From the NCBI GenBank assembly GCA_964106915.2, contig OZ066921.1: a stretch of DNA of 64,000 bases. One strand, given 5' to 3'. The notes beneath the pieces are model-generated. The model saw nothing but the letters and a program-made list of their open reading frames with translations, was not told the DNA's origin and did not search any database. Positions 1 through 14,034 of this stretch are shown here, piece by piece. A program made the position numbers and the translations under genes. This stretch comes from Podarcis gaigeae (taxonomy: Eukaryota). Position 1 is the stretch's first letter; every line of letters begins with the position of its first letter.

Positions 1-280
1 GTCAACCTGGTAATTTCAGTGTAAACCCGCCTCCTTTGGAAGGGTGGGATATTTTGTAGCCACTGACTAAGGAAGAGCTAGAGGAAAATTGAGCCCATGG
101 AGAAGTGCTCTGTCGTGCTGGAGAAACACTTGCCAGTGGTGCTTAGGCAGTTGATCAGCCCATCCAGTGGACTTGGCTGTGAGTCAGAGTACAAGCAAAA
201 GGTCTGTAAATCAAAGCAGACTGAAATGGGCTTTGATGCAGAATGTATTCCGGTCAAAGCCTTTCTTGCTAGGCAGAAAC

Positions 281-282
<2 letters not shown>

Positions 283-320
<38 letters not shown>
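283..320. repeat. (AG)n microsatellite
   Basis: Direct observation. Confidence 0.95.
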
Positions 321-324
<4 letters not shown>

Positions 325-343
325 CACTGAAAAGGCAGATCAC

Positions 344-436
344 CTGAGCGTTGCCATAGGGGACGTTCTGGCAGTAGTCCCTGATGTCCGATTTGCAGGC
401 CTCATGAAGGTCTGGTTCCAGGCGGATATCCTCAGT
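344..436 (-). CDS. GLG1: GLG1 exon 18
   Basis: TEDIRLEPDLHEACKSDIRDYCQNVPYGNAQ; CAG/GTGATC. Confidence 0.95.
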
Positions 437-3400
437 CTGCAAGATGAATCACATTGAAAAAGTATTCAGACTCAAAGGGAAGGTGGAAAGCTTGAACATC
501 CAAAGCAAACAAAACCAATTAAAAAAAGTAAAAAGCCCATGAGAGAACCAAGTGTTTATTTTCTAACTAGGAAGCTTTCTGCAGGCAACCATCAGCACTC
601 TTGAGGTTATATATTTATTTAACAGGATCTCTTTACTCATTCTTCACCCTCATGCTGCACAGTGGATTACAACAATAATATAAATTTATAAAGCTGTTAT
701 AATTATAAAGCAAGCAAAACCTTTCCAAGTGGAACAGAACACTTTAAATTCAGCAAAAGAGGCTCCACAAAACAATACTTTAACAGTCAAAGGCCAGGAT
801 GAAAGAGATGTGTCTTCAGCTATGCGATGAAGATGCTAGAGATACTTCTGTAGGGAGGGACTTCCGCAATGTAGGGGCTGTCACAGAGAAAACTCTCTCC
901 CAGGCTGCCATTCCCTCAACTTCTGAGGGTGGCGGAACTACCCTCTACAGGTCTGAACACCCTTGAACAGCTTTTCTCAACCTTGGGTCCCTAGATTTTG
1001 TTGGACTACAACTCCCATCACTCCTAGCCAGCATGGCCAGTGGTCAGGGATGATGAGAATTGTAGTTCAAGAACATCTGAAGATCCAGGGTTGAGAAAAG
1101 CTGCCCTAGAAGGTCGTTTGGGAAGAGGCAGTCTTTCAGCTATTTGAGGCCAAAGCTATGAATCAAAATATAACACACTTGTGCAATGCAGTCTTCAGTT
1201 TGGCTGCCCAGGAGNNNNNNNNNNNNNNNNNNNNNNNNNNNNNNNNNNNNNNNNNNNNNNNNNNNNNNNNNNNNNNNNNNNNNNNNNNNNNNNNNNNNNN
1301 NNNNNNNNNNNNNNNNNNNNNNNNNNNNNNNNNNNNNNNNNNTGAACAAGACCCTAAAACCCCAACAGCTGGGGCTGGCTTTGGTTCAGCAAAAACTGCC
1401 TTCTTATGGCAAGGTGCCAGGAAAAGCCAATGTTTGCAAAGAAGCCTGCTATAAGCCCGATTTAGAATATAAGAAATGGTAATTAGAGAGAAGGAAACTA
1501 GCACTGAGGGGCAGCCAAATATTTTCAGGGTAGCGCAAGCTGATGCAACCCTCCACAGAAGCCTTTGCAAAGCCTCAGAGTAACAAGAGGGCAACTTTTA
1601 CCATTTCCAGCTCCTCAACACGTAGCTGCTTGCGGCACTTCATGGAGACCTGGTGCTCCTTTGCATCTCTCAGCGTGTCGTTGCGTACAATGGTGCTCAG
1701 GCAGATCACCACATCCACCCTGAAGAGGACAGAAGTGTTATAACACCAGGCTATCTTAGTGTAAAACTCTTGGGTATCACCCACTTTCTGATTAAGAGAC
1801 AAATGTTTCTCTAGCATTCAAAAGCCATGAGGCCAAATTTCTGACACACACACACATACTTTTTCTTGATGTTGGGGCACAGCTTCAGGACATCCTCTTT
1901 GCAGGCCATTTTAAATTTGTAGGAGAATCTGAAATCTTTCATCTGAACCTAAAGAAAGAAAAACAAACAGGCTCCTCTCAAGGTCAGGCACAGGAAGTCT
2001 TTCAAAGAATATCTGCTACTGCAGCCCCAGTCAATGGCATCTCTCTGCCCTGCTTCTTGCCTTGCCACCTTTGAGCTTCAGTTCAAGTTATCCCTTCTAG
2101 TGAGGCTAAGGCTGAATGCAATGCCCATCCAAATCACTATGGGCCCAACCACATGCACTGCCTGCCTCCAGCTACAAAATGAGAATGGCAGATTTGGAAG
2201 GAACGTGGCTAAAGGCACAAAGTAGTCAACACCCGGAAGCTTATTTGTGGCAAATAAGCAAAGGCAGTACTGAAAAGGGGACTCTGCCATAACAGTTCAA
2301 ATTCCAGCAGACAGGAAAATGCCTTTGGCCTTCCAGAGCGAAAAGGGTTGTCTGGCTCCCAGACTCAGTCAAACTAGGGGATGCTGGAGAACCAGCCACA
2401 CTCACCAGCTGGAAGTGTGTGACTCCAATTGCACACTTTTCATTCATCTCCTTCTGGTGTTTGTTCTGAATGAGGCACTCCATGAGGTCTCCTGAGTCAA
2501 TCTGGTTGTCTGCCACTTCCTGAATGGGATATTGGGGGGGATGGGACAGACAGACAGACTAATGACAACCTGTCGGGAACTAACTCCCTTCCTGGAAGTC
2601 TCTGTACCTCAGTTGAGGAAGCAACGGGACCCATGATTTAAAGTTGGAGAAGGTAATTGCACCTCTCTGGCTTACATTTGAAACCTGATTGTTAAAATGA
2701 CTAGTCAGGGCCTGTTAGCCCCAGAGCTCTTAAGTTGCTTTACAGCTGCACATGCCCCCACTGGACCCAAAAATGCAACACAATCTATTAAATGCCATAA
2801 ACACATTTTGCAATTTAACTACGGCTGGTATGCCAGAGATATACAAAGACTATGCAACAATAGCTGAATTCTACATACTCGCTCCTACTCTGTATAATTT
2901 ATTCTGGTTTTGTGCACGATGAGCATCAATAAACTAACAATGAAAAGTCCTGCGCATGACTACTGGAAATTGTTTCACCCACCCTTTATATTCAGATATT
3001 TCAGCAGGCACCAGCTAAAGAGTTTCAAGCGAAACCAGATATTTGCTTTTAGAAAATGGAAGAAGAAAAAGGCCAGAAAACTGAATTACCACTGTCCCAT
3101 TCTGTGCACCAATGGAATCACAGCACACATGCAGTCTTGCACCTGCTTGCTATGACCTCTGGGTATCCAAACCAGCACTGTAATTAAGGCTAAGTTCTGA
3201 GCAGGGAACTGGGGATGCAAGAAGGTTGGTTGTGCCCTTGAGAATTATGGACATTCCAGTAAGGTATGCTTAACATGAAGGGGGAACTACAAGGCATGCA
3301 CATGGCTATGGTCTTTCTCCCCTCAACTGATACTAATGGAGGAACTCCACATTCAATCCTTATTCAAATTAGAACAAGTATGAGTAAGAGTTACTTACAT

Positions 3401-6400
3401 GGCAGAAGGTCTGGATAATTGGCTCACATGCTCGCATCATCAAGGCTTCTATCTGAATATCCTACAAGAGGGAGAGAGAAAGCAATAAGTCCACCCAAGG
3501 CCACACCCAGTTTTTCTGACAGTTCACACTGTTGCTCATGTTAGGTTTGTACATCAGAGTGCGAAAGTCTCCTGGGATGTGAGCATCCCTAGAGACAAGC
3601 TGGGAAGACTTCTGTTGACAAGAACAGCTACTGTAAGAAGTCATTGAGAGCAGGAACAGGTTGCAAAAAATATCGCTTAAAGCAGCTTTTCCAGCTGTGC
3701 TGGCTGAGGGTGATGAGAGGTGAAGCCCAAAGCATCTGGAGGGGGCCAGGGTGGGGAAGGCTGCCTTAAGGTTTGCTGTCCCAAATAAAAGCTAACTAGA
3801 GTTGACCAAAACACAGTCATTTTAAGGAAATGATACCTGCCATAGAAAGGCACAACTTTTACACATACAGCCAAAAGAAAGAAAGAAAGAAAGAAAGACT
3901 CATTTACATGAATACTCCTTCTTTCTAATGATATCAGGCTTGAGTTACTTTATCTGGACAACAAATTAAGATCTGATACTTTACCTTCTTTCTTAGATGA
4001 CTCCAATACATGAAAATGGCACCCTTTTGAAGATACTTGGGAGGGCAACCCACAAATCAGCAAGTCATTCACATGGTACAAGTCTAACAACTAAATACTG
4101 GAGCTTTCCCTTCCAGACAAAGCTTACTTACTTCAGACTCCAGCTCTGTAAGGTTTCCAACAATGTCTCTACATTCAGCTGCCAAGTCATCCAGATGGTC
4201 CTGGAGACATTCAAGTTCCTGAAGGGGACACAAAGCATCTTAACACAGAACAAATGGGTTCATCTCATTAATCCCTTGAAAGCCACCCAAATGCACCTTG
4301 CTATGTCTCTGGGACATCTTTCGTTTCACCCCAACCAACACCACACTTCTGCTATGGACTTTAAAAGTGGTGTTTAGAGACACTGCAATGCAACATAACC
4401 CCTGGGATCAGCAAGTCATCACTCTAGGTTGCTCTAGGTTAGATAAATTGGGACAAACAATGCTTTGCTTTCTCCTGATGCACACATGGGTTTAGTGCCT
4501 TCCCTTCACTAATTAAGCTAAATCGAAGCACAAAACGCAATACAGAAACTTTTGAACATTAAAATTTAGTAAAATTCAGAAATGTTTATGAAGAAATAGC
4601 AAAACCAGGGCATTTAAAGTGAATGTGTTTTGCTTTCTAACTTATACAACAATTTCAACATGAGATTATTGGTTTAAATTTTTGAGATACCTGTCCAGTC
4701 TCTGTTTTCTCACTGCACCACTTCCCCAGATCTATCATGCACTTGTCCTGGAGAGCTGGATCCAGTTTTACATCCAAGGCACGCTGGTGTAGAATTCGTT
4801 GTACTTCTGCCCTGCATTCCCGGGATAGCTGCCAAGAACAAGTGTACAATTTTGTTCCAGATGAACAACCCCAACTGCTCAGATCTGGGAAGGAAGGTGC
4901 TCTTTCCAGCATTAGTAAAAGTAAAGTTCTCTTTATGCTATGCTTGGTCACCTCCCACACAGGCCCAGAGCAGGCCTCCCATGCAGGCCCCTCCCCTCAT
5001 TTTTTTAACCTTCCCTGCAGCTTAGATGGACAAGTCCCCACATCCAGACAGAAGGTGTTTAATTGAAGGACAAGTCTAAACAAGTTGTCAAAAAGTGAAC
5101 GAGATACCGTGGCATCACTTGTGTGGGGGGGCTGGCTTGCTGTTTAAGAGAAGAAGCCAATAAAATACAGACAAACAAGCCTAGTGCTAGATTGGTAGGG
5201 ATAACCTCAAATCTCCAGGCTAGCAGAAGTCAGAAGGATCTGCTAGAGCATGGCAAGGACTCTTTGGGGATTTAAAATTCTTGGTACTCTGAAAACGGTG
5301 CCAGGGACAGGCAGCTGTGCATGGCATCCTGCACAGATTTTACTACTGAAACCTAAAAACTAATTAGACATAGCAAGTGGAGACCCACCATAATTCATGT
5401 TGGCAGAAAAAGAAGGCAGGAAAAAAGGAGCAAGGCACTACTCCATTTTTCTCCCCCACAGGGAGAATGACTTGCAGAGCAACTGAGCAGCTGCCAAGTC
5501 TGTTCAACAGTTCTTTCCTGAGCAGGCACACAGCTGCAATCAGCCACCTTCTTCCTTCAGAAGGTGGGAAGGGGAAAAGGTATGTGGGTATCACTTAGGC
5601 TGCAGAAGAAGAGGCAGCACTGTCCTCTCCTCCCCAGCTTAAGTTTATAAGCTGGAATGCAAGGCCAGGAAGTCATGCAGTGCACCTTTTTCAAGGTTTC
5701 ACTATTTCAGACTGTGGTGGGAGATGATGTTTGAGAACTCCCCACTTCTCCCCAACATGCTAGTTCTGCCTGTGGAGAAGGTTTACATGCGGGAAGCATT
5801 CACACATGGACTCCCTTTTTCTTCCCACCGCCCCCAAGTCTGAAATGACTCAACCCAGCAAAAACTGCACTCACATGAATTCCTGATTATGCAGCTCAGC
5901 TCATCACCAACCACATTCTAATTACCACCTACAGGATACTGATTATCTGTCTGGTGGTCACAACTTCACCAGCCATTCATGCAACAAGCCACCCATGCAA
6001 CAAGCCACCTATTTTGTTTCTCCACCCTTCATATGAAGAGCTTTCCCACTATATTCAGCACTGACCTCAGCTACAAAAAGCAGAGGCCAGACCACATACC
6101 TTAGCTACAAAAATGTTTCCTCAGGCTTCTTCCAAAAGGCTTTTAGGGGAATTCCTGCACGCCTGTTTGAGTCTCCAGAGGCTCAAACATTAAACCCCAA
6201 TCTCATAGGGCCTTAAAACAGATGCACAGGGGGTCTCCATTTGTTATACCTACTTAGTTGTCGCAAAGCATCCAAGTGACCTGTAGAGTGGACTATAGTT
6301 GGCTTGCCTCCATGCTTTTCCCCAGTATCACCTGCTCAGTTTCTCTGCTGCCTTAAGAGATATTCAAAGCTTACATTTGAAGCCACAGATAAACTAGCAC

Positions 6401-9400
6401 ATGCCCCCAAATCACATTCATTTTCCAATAAAGGAGGACTGCTAAAGCAACTGATTGGTGCCTACCCTCCTCCCCTGTTCCTCTGTACGATAGGCGTGTC
6501 TGTACAGGCAGGAGAAGATGGCCCCAGGAGGAATCATCTCACTCGTCTCATTCCAGCCGCGTGTATGGCAAAGTCGGGATGCATCTCCCTGGCACTTGCG
6601 GTAGAGCACAAGATCCAGTCTGTCAAAGTAGAAGAATCAGTGAAGCCACCATGAGGTTCTAAAATGCCCTTTCTTCACACACCTAAGATTAACAGCATTT
6701 CACCTCTAGAATGTAGTAAATCAGAAATGAAAACCTTAATAGGTGCAATTTCCATTTAGCCATACAGGTCACTCGCAACTTACACAGGGGTTATGTTCCA
6801 GGGACAGTGCATATACTCAAAAACACGTATAGTCAAATCTCTCCCACACGACTATCCTTACCTTCTGGAGTTGTTGTGCTGAATGGGTCTTATAACACCC
6901 CCGCCCCCAGGCAAGGCAAAGAGTTTTCCACAAGATCTCATGGGACTGTCTGAGATCATTCAAGAGCCTCCCAGAGCCCAGTAAGCAAGTCTGAGAGCTT
7001 AAAAGCTCTTTATGTGCTGGGAAAACAATGAGCAAAAAAAGCGTTTAAGTTCTCAGACGTCCATGCATTTAATTTGTGCAATTTCAACTAGTCAGCCATC
7101 AACTGCACAAGTTAAATGAACACAAGTTGCGAGTCACCTGAGTAATAAAACAGACATATTTAAAGTCTTGCCAATAAAATATCTGGTTTTTTACTGCAAC
7201 CAATTCCAACTGTGTAACAGTTTTGCAGTCTGAGATTTTAAGATGATTATGAAGATTTTCTGTAAGCCACTTGGGGCTATAAAATTTTATGCAAATGTTA
7301 AAGTGCATTGGTACACATAAGAATGTGAACGTACATAAGAATTTTGCTCTTAAGGAGCAAAAACAATTTAAACCCTACACTAGAAAGAAATATGTCCTCA
7401 TGAGAAACAGGCCCTATGCTCTTATACCAGCCAGCTAACTGTGATCAGCTGGAGAAGCCCTCCTAACTATCCAACAGTTATCATACTTTCATTTGGTTTC
7501 TATGCAAACTAAAGTTTTTAAAAAGCATAGTGGCACCAGTACTTTAGAATGCTGTTCCTACTGTAATCACAAAGGCCTTAAGTGTGTTTAGAGAATGTCA
7601 GTTAGCATTAAGCCATTTGTTCTGTATTTCATGTTTTTATAATCGTATGATGTTTAAACATAATTATAGCTTGATGGTGTTGTACATCACCACAATTTTT
7701 TCTTAATGAGCTGACAGTTCATAAAACACTATTAATAATACATAAGTACAGGAAACTTTACTTTTGACACAATGCTTACACTGAGACACCCTCCATAGTT
7801 AGGCGGAGGCTGAAATTTGGGGTGAGAGGGCATTATCCTGTGGTGCACATTCAATATGAGGCAGCTCTTGAAGGTAATGCCCAGGCCAGAACCTCTGCTT
7901 TAATTTGTCTCCCCCTCCTGTAGCAGGCATTGACAGAAATTTGGGGAATAACAGTTGTGTATAAACATCAAGTACTCCAAGTTGTGAATGAAAATAACTC
8001 TTTCTGAACCTCTAGCTAGTGACTAGAGAATTAAAGCCGCCCATGACCCCACAGTACAAGAAAGACCTTTTTGACCCAACTGCCACTGCTAGAAAGTCCT
8101 GCAACAGAACTGCAGGGCCCCTGAGGGTCCCCATGCCCAGCACTCACTTCCAGTCCCGTGAGATGAAGTACTGGAGCTCCAGGAGCCTGTGCTCACAATC
8201 TTCCACCATCTTCTCTGTATACAAATGCTCCATAAGGCAAGAGAGAATCCTATGGAAAGAAAGTCATGTTATATTGATATATGCAATCTTCAGGAGCCTT
8301 CATACCAGACATTGCAACAAGGAGCATCTCACTGGTGGGAGGGGAAGGAGGTATTTGTAGAAAGGGGGAGCTGAGTAACTGCATGCTTTAAAGCACATGT
8401 GCTTCTCCATAGTGGTTTACCTTTGGCCTGTACTTTCCCACAGCTTGCATTTGTAAGGGTGATGAGAAGCTGTTGCGTAATAAATGTCTGCCTGTATGCC
8501 CACAAGAAACCCTTTCACCCAAGTCAACATCTCTCTTTATGTAAGAGACAATCTGAGTCCATCTCTTCCCCCAGGTTTAACAGGCTTCTTTCAGCTCAAG
8601 CTAAAACAGCAGTAAACTGTAGCAAAAGCAGGGGATCTCCATCACCTACATGGGGTCTCCAGCACGGATGTGCTTGCAGGCTGTTTGTATCACTGATTCG
8701 CAGGCTTCGTTCAATGCTCTGTCAATGCGGTAATCAGCACCAGGGTCTGCCTCCTGGATTAGAGTTTGAAGCTGGAGGAGGAAAGAGAAGAGGGGGGAAG
8801 AGTTTAACAACAATGGCAGAGTAGTTCAGGAAGTTGGTTTCCTGGCTTCTGTCGCTGGCAGAACTACAAGGGATTCTGCCCCCTTCCCATCTCATTTCAG
8901 TACCAGCTCCTGAAGTGGAGAACATCTTTCAAACATTCCCATGGATGTGAACTGCTCCCTCCCATACAAAAAGGGCTAACCGTTTGCCAAGGAAAAGCAG
9001 CCTCTGAACAAATGATTTATCTTCCAAGACCAGTTAATGGCAAACAGCTAAGATGTGCCAAATGGAAGAGCATTCTCCCTTGTGTATGACTCAGCCAGAA
9101 CCAGAGTTTTTATGTTGCTGTCACCTCATCTGCATCCAGAAACTGCAGGCATGACTGAGAAAGCGAAGGTGTCAGGTCATCCCTGCAGCATGGGGCAATC
9201 CAGACATTTTGCAACTCTGGGGACTTCCCTGTTCTATTTTCAGTATCCAGATGACAGTACACAGAGCTGAATTGTGCAGCCAGCCACATCACCAGGCCTT
9301 CTTGCCACTGAAACTGAAGGGGAGGAGAGCCAAGAGAACAGCAGGAGCAGGAGGATCTAATCTCCCAAACCTAGAGCCTCTGTCATGTACATGAGCAACA

Positions 9401-12400
9401 GGGACCTTCCCGAGAAAATGGCACAGGGGCCTGATGTAACGAAGGACAGCCTGGGGCTAGGAACATGTGCCTAGTACTTTTATTTGTGGTGAGTGGGCGG
9501 TGAAGAGGCAACTGTTGAGACTGAGTTGAGCATCATGCTCATAAAGGTATACTAGCAGAGAAGTGGTCTTTCAAGGATTCAGCCTCCACTGAAGCATGAC
9601 TTGAGCAGCGCAGGTAGACTTATGCAACCCAGGTTGTTTTGTTTTTTTGCTAAAGCAGCAGCAGCATAAAGCAGCAGAACTAAATGGCATCTCACCACAA
9701 AGGCCTGAGAAAAAGCCAATGGAGCTTAAGAATTCCTTCAACATGTAACACTCTCTCTTGGAAATTAAGCTCTACAAAGTTGGAGGAGCATAGAATGGGC
9801 AGATTTCTGCACTGACTGTTTCCTAGTGGAGCTCGTAGCCTGGGAATTAAGCCAATTTCAAATTTAGGAATCCGTTTACATCACTGATCTTAACCTCAAC
9901 TGAGATGAATCTAGTGAAATGCTGGGGGTGGGGGGGCATGGTGCAAAGCCATTTATTCATGTGGCCATGGAGCCATCACAGACCACAGAGCCTTTTTGCT
10001 CCCCTTGACAGAACCACAGGGCAGCATTTGCAGATATCGGGGCACTTCCCATTTCTTTGCAAGCAAAGCTCTTTCCAAGAAGCCAAACTGCCAGGTTGCA
10101 TCACACAACAGTACAACCGTACTTTAGCCTTTCCCCACCAGCACGTGTTGCAATGCCCCCCTCAAAGCCTATCAAGTAAAGTGGTGTCAAGTCTAGAGGA
10201 GTGTTCAGTAGCATCAAAGCCCCAACTTCACTGTGTAAGTATACACATCAAAGCAGTCATAATGCTGAATTGAGGCTAAGCTGCCTGGGGGAAATAGCCA
10301 TGTTCTAACAATCTGTTCCTGCCTGGGAAACAATTATCCTGCTCTCATGATTTGAGGTGGAAGATCCCTGGAATCTAGCCTGACAATCACACCAAGCCAT
10401 CTCCAGTATAAAGGAACAAGCAAGCACATGGCCTGATGGGCTTTCTGATTTTGTCTCAGGCAATCATCAGTGAGCTATCCTGGGATCAGCATTGAGAAAA
10501 AGGGAAGGGTTTTTTTTGGGGGGGGTGAGAGTGTCAATGTCATTAATCATGTGCTTGGGCTCCCCCAGCCTCCAAACTATAAAGCTGTCAAGCTTTTTAG
10601 TGCATTTGCTATTGGCAGCAGTCAAGATTAACACAACCAATTACATAAAAACAAGGATGTGGTAGGAGGGTGAACATAGCTCCTGCACAATACTACTCCA
10701 AAAATGCTACCCAACAGTGAAACCTGAATAAATCATTCAGAGGAAAAATGAGATTTTGAGGAGAAAGATTGGCAGCATTGGCAAGTAAGGCATGGGGTGG
10801 ATTATCAGAAGCCATGAAGTGAAGCAGAGAACAGGGCCAAGTAAAAAAGTCCTATGTCTATACAAAGGTCCCAATGTTTATGGGCCCAGAGGCACCTTTT
10901 AAAGTATTGTCATAGGCAACAAAAGTACCCATTATATCAAAGAAAAGCTAGCAATACTCAGAAACATCCCCACCCAAAAAACCCAACAAGCAAATCACCT
11001 ATACCCCACCGAATAAGACAAAAAAGTAGGCCTCCTACACACACCAGCCAGAAACATCATTAAAAAAATTAAAATTTGGTGTCCACAAGTGCTGCATTGG
11101 GGAGCCCAGGCTAAACTAGTGGAATCGGCCACTTTGTCCCAATCTCCTTCTGGTTTCTTAGTTTTAAGTACACACTGACTCTGCATCTTCAGTTTTTCAT
11201 GTACAACAATAAGGGCTAGAATCTTACTATTCAACACACAAGTTTTGCCTCTATGCAGTGACTGGTGCCCGTGGAAGGGAAGGCGTGAATCTGTTTTTAT
11301 GCAATGGGATAGAGACTGAGCAGCCACCATACATTCTTGTCTGCCTCAGCAGTATATTTTCAGAAGAATGCAAATATGTTCTGACCATCACATGTTACAA
11401 GATAAAGGCTTTTCTTCTTTTACGCTTTGTTTTAGGGAAAGTAATTAATCTGAAGCTACTCCAAATTCCTCCCAAATGCATACAACACTTCCAATGCATG
11501 CAAAATGAATTGTGCATATATTATGAGAAGCCTAAGAGCTGGAGAGAAATAGTCACTGGTCTCCTAGTTCAATCCAATTTTCTTCTATCACCATGCGTAT
11601 CCAACTCCTTACACTAAGTTGTTCCAGTTCACGTTTCCCCCTGAAGAACTTAAGAAGTCACATGGGATTAGGTCAAAAGCTTTGCTTGAATTAATATGTT
11701 ATGCCCATTACATTCCTCTTGGCTACTTTACAAAGAAGGTGGGTTAGCCTGAAATAACATAACAGCTTCTGAGTTTAATAGCCTGAAGCTACCCGAAAAG
11801 CCTTTTTACAAGTAGTTGATAGAGCTTTTTAATCAGCTCTAGCCAACTGTTTCATTGGGATTCCCCTAAATGGATGTTGGGGCTTTGAGGGCAAAGCCTC
11901 CCTGCAGCTCCCACCTGCATCCCAACTCAGGTCTTACTTCAGCATCAGCCCACAAAAGCTAAAATAGTGGGCAGGACACACAAGCAAATTCTTCTGCTCC
12001 CAGTAAAATCCATTGCCACATATTCTGTTCTCCTGGGGAAATGATTCAGGTATTCAAAACAGAAGTATTACTTTGCTGGGTCAGACCAAGGACCATCTGC
12101 AAGAGACCTCTCCAACCTGGTGCATTCTAGATATTTTGGACTACAGGTGCCATCTACATGGCCATAATGGCTGAGACTGGTGTGAATTTTAGCCCAGAAC
12201 ACCCAGAAGCCACAAGGTTGAAGACTGCTGATGTAGTTATGCACTCTGTTTCCAACAGTCACAATCCATAACTTCTGAAAGCTGTTGACTATGGCCTGCA
12301 CATGTTTATTCCTAGCATCTGGTACTCAAGAGGTAGGGCTACTTTTAACACCAAAGTTCCCTGCGGCTGTTATGGCCACCGGCCACTGAAAGACTCCTCC

Positions 12401-14001
12401 ATGAAACCTTGAGAAGCATCGCTTTGGATGGGGAACACATATAGGCAGCCAGGTGCTCTGAGAAGCATTTATTTAGGAGGCCCAAGCTGAAACTTTGGAT
12501 TGTCTGAGATTCTTCCTTTGGCTCAAGGTGCCAATAAGTCAGGCTCTGGTTCAAAACATTAAAACCAGCTGGGCAAAAATGAACAAGACTTCAAATGTGG
12601 GGGTTGAGACTGTCATGAAAAGGCTCCCCATGACAACCTTACCGACTGCTGGCAGCTGACTCCCAAGTTCCCCTTCTCTCCTCGTACAACTTTCATCAGG
12701 CAATGCAGGGTGCGGCCCTTCCGATGCAGTCCTGAGCAGTGGTGCTCAATCTCACTGCGGCAACCGAGGATGATCTCTGGGCTCAGTGAAAAATCTTCCA
12801 TCAACATGCGCCGGTAGTCCAACATTTCTCCCTGGCATTCACTGCTCACTTGCCGACCTAAGGCACACCGTAGTAGATACAGGTTATAAGACATCAGCCC
12901 AAGGGACACTGAACATAGCCAAGGTACATGCCGCATGTGCAATGCAGCCCCATCAGTGTGACCAGTGCCGTTCTGCTTTTAAAGATTACATCAAATGACA
13001 CACCGAGAAAACAAATTCTATGCAGAAATCCAGAGCTAACTGGGAAGCAAGATAGTGCCAGGCAGCTGGAATCCCTAAAGAGCCACAAGCAATACTGCCA
13101 TTAGCTCTACCATTTCAGAGCTATTTTGCAGCCTCTCCTTATCACAGGGTTGCATTCTATTTCTTCACAGGCAATCAGAGAAAACACCAGGTTGCACTGG
13201 AGTGTGCATTGCAATCAGAACTGTGCCTCCTCTGTGCACATGTGCACAATATCCTTTACAAGAACACAAGTTTTAATCTATTGGATACACTGTGCTTGAA
13301 GCGTGTGAGCAGCAATGGAATAAATTGCCAAAGCAGTGAAGGGGAAGGCCAGGGAGAGAAAAGGAGCTGAACAAGACTTCCAGGGATCAATGATAGGTCT
13401 TCAGTGATGTGTGCAGCTTGTCATCCTTCCTTTAGTCAGTAGCAAAAGATACAAGGAGAAAATATTCTCATTTCTGAGTACCATAACTTGATTATATTGA
13501 TTTTGACTTTCTTCAGCAGAGAAGTCAGAAAAAATTGGCACTCAACACAAATATTTTCTATCTCAGGACTAGCAGGGTGCTGGTGGTGGCACCCACTGCC
13601 TTTTAAGCCTGCCCTGCGTATATAAAAGAATGCTGCCACACATTTCTAGACTACTTCATAAAGGGATAATAACTGTTCTGATTTAGAGAAAGATGCCTTA
13701 GCAGTAGGTTTAACAAACCACAGCAGGTAGAAAAAAACAGGTCCTTCTGGACCACTAGTTGCCTATCCATCTATTCACTGGTGAGCAACCATCTGTCTGA
13801 GGGCCATTTTATGCAGCCCCCAAATTCTCCTGAAGCTGTCCTACGCTTTCATTTGATCAGAGTTGTTGCCTTCCTTCTGGTTCATTTCCTCCTTCCTTTC
13901 CCTGGCTCTTAAAAAGGTGTTTCCTTTTCTTTTTATGTAGTTTAAATACAAATGAAAGGTGCAGGATTCTATTTGATAAACTGATATTGTGTGTGTGTGT
14001 G

Positions 14002-14034
<33 letters not shown>

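Noticed and set aside
1140-1594. ORFs spanning the N-run
   Set aside because: Artefacts of the assembly gap.
4681-4690. GTATCT donor (and GTATCG at ~55001) as possible U12-type introns
   Set aside because: Neither matches GTATCCTT; treated as ordinary U2 introns.
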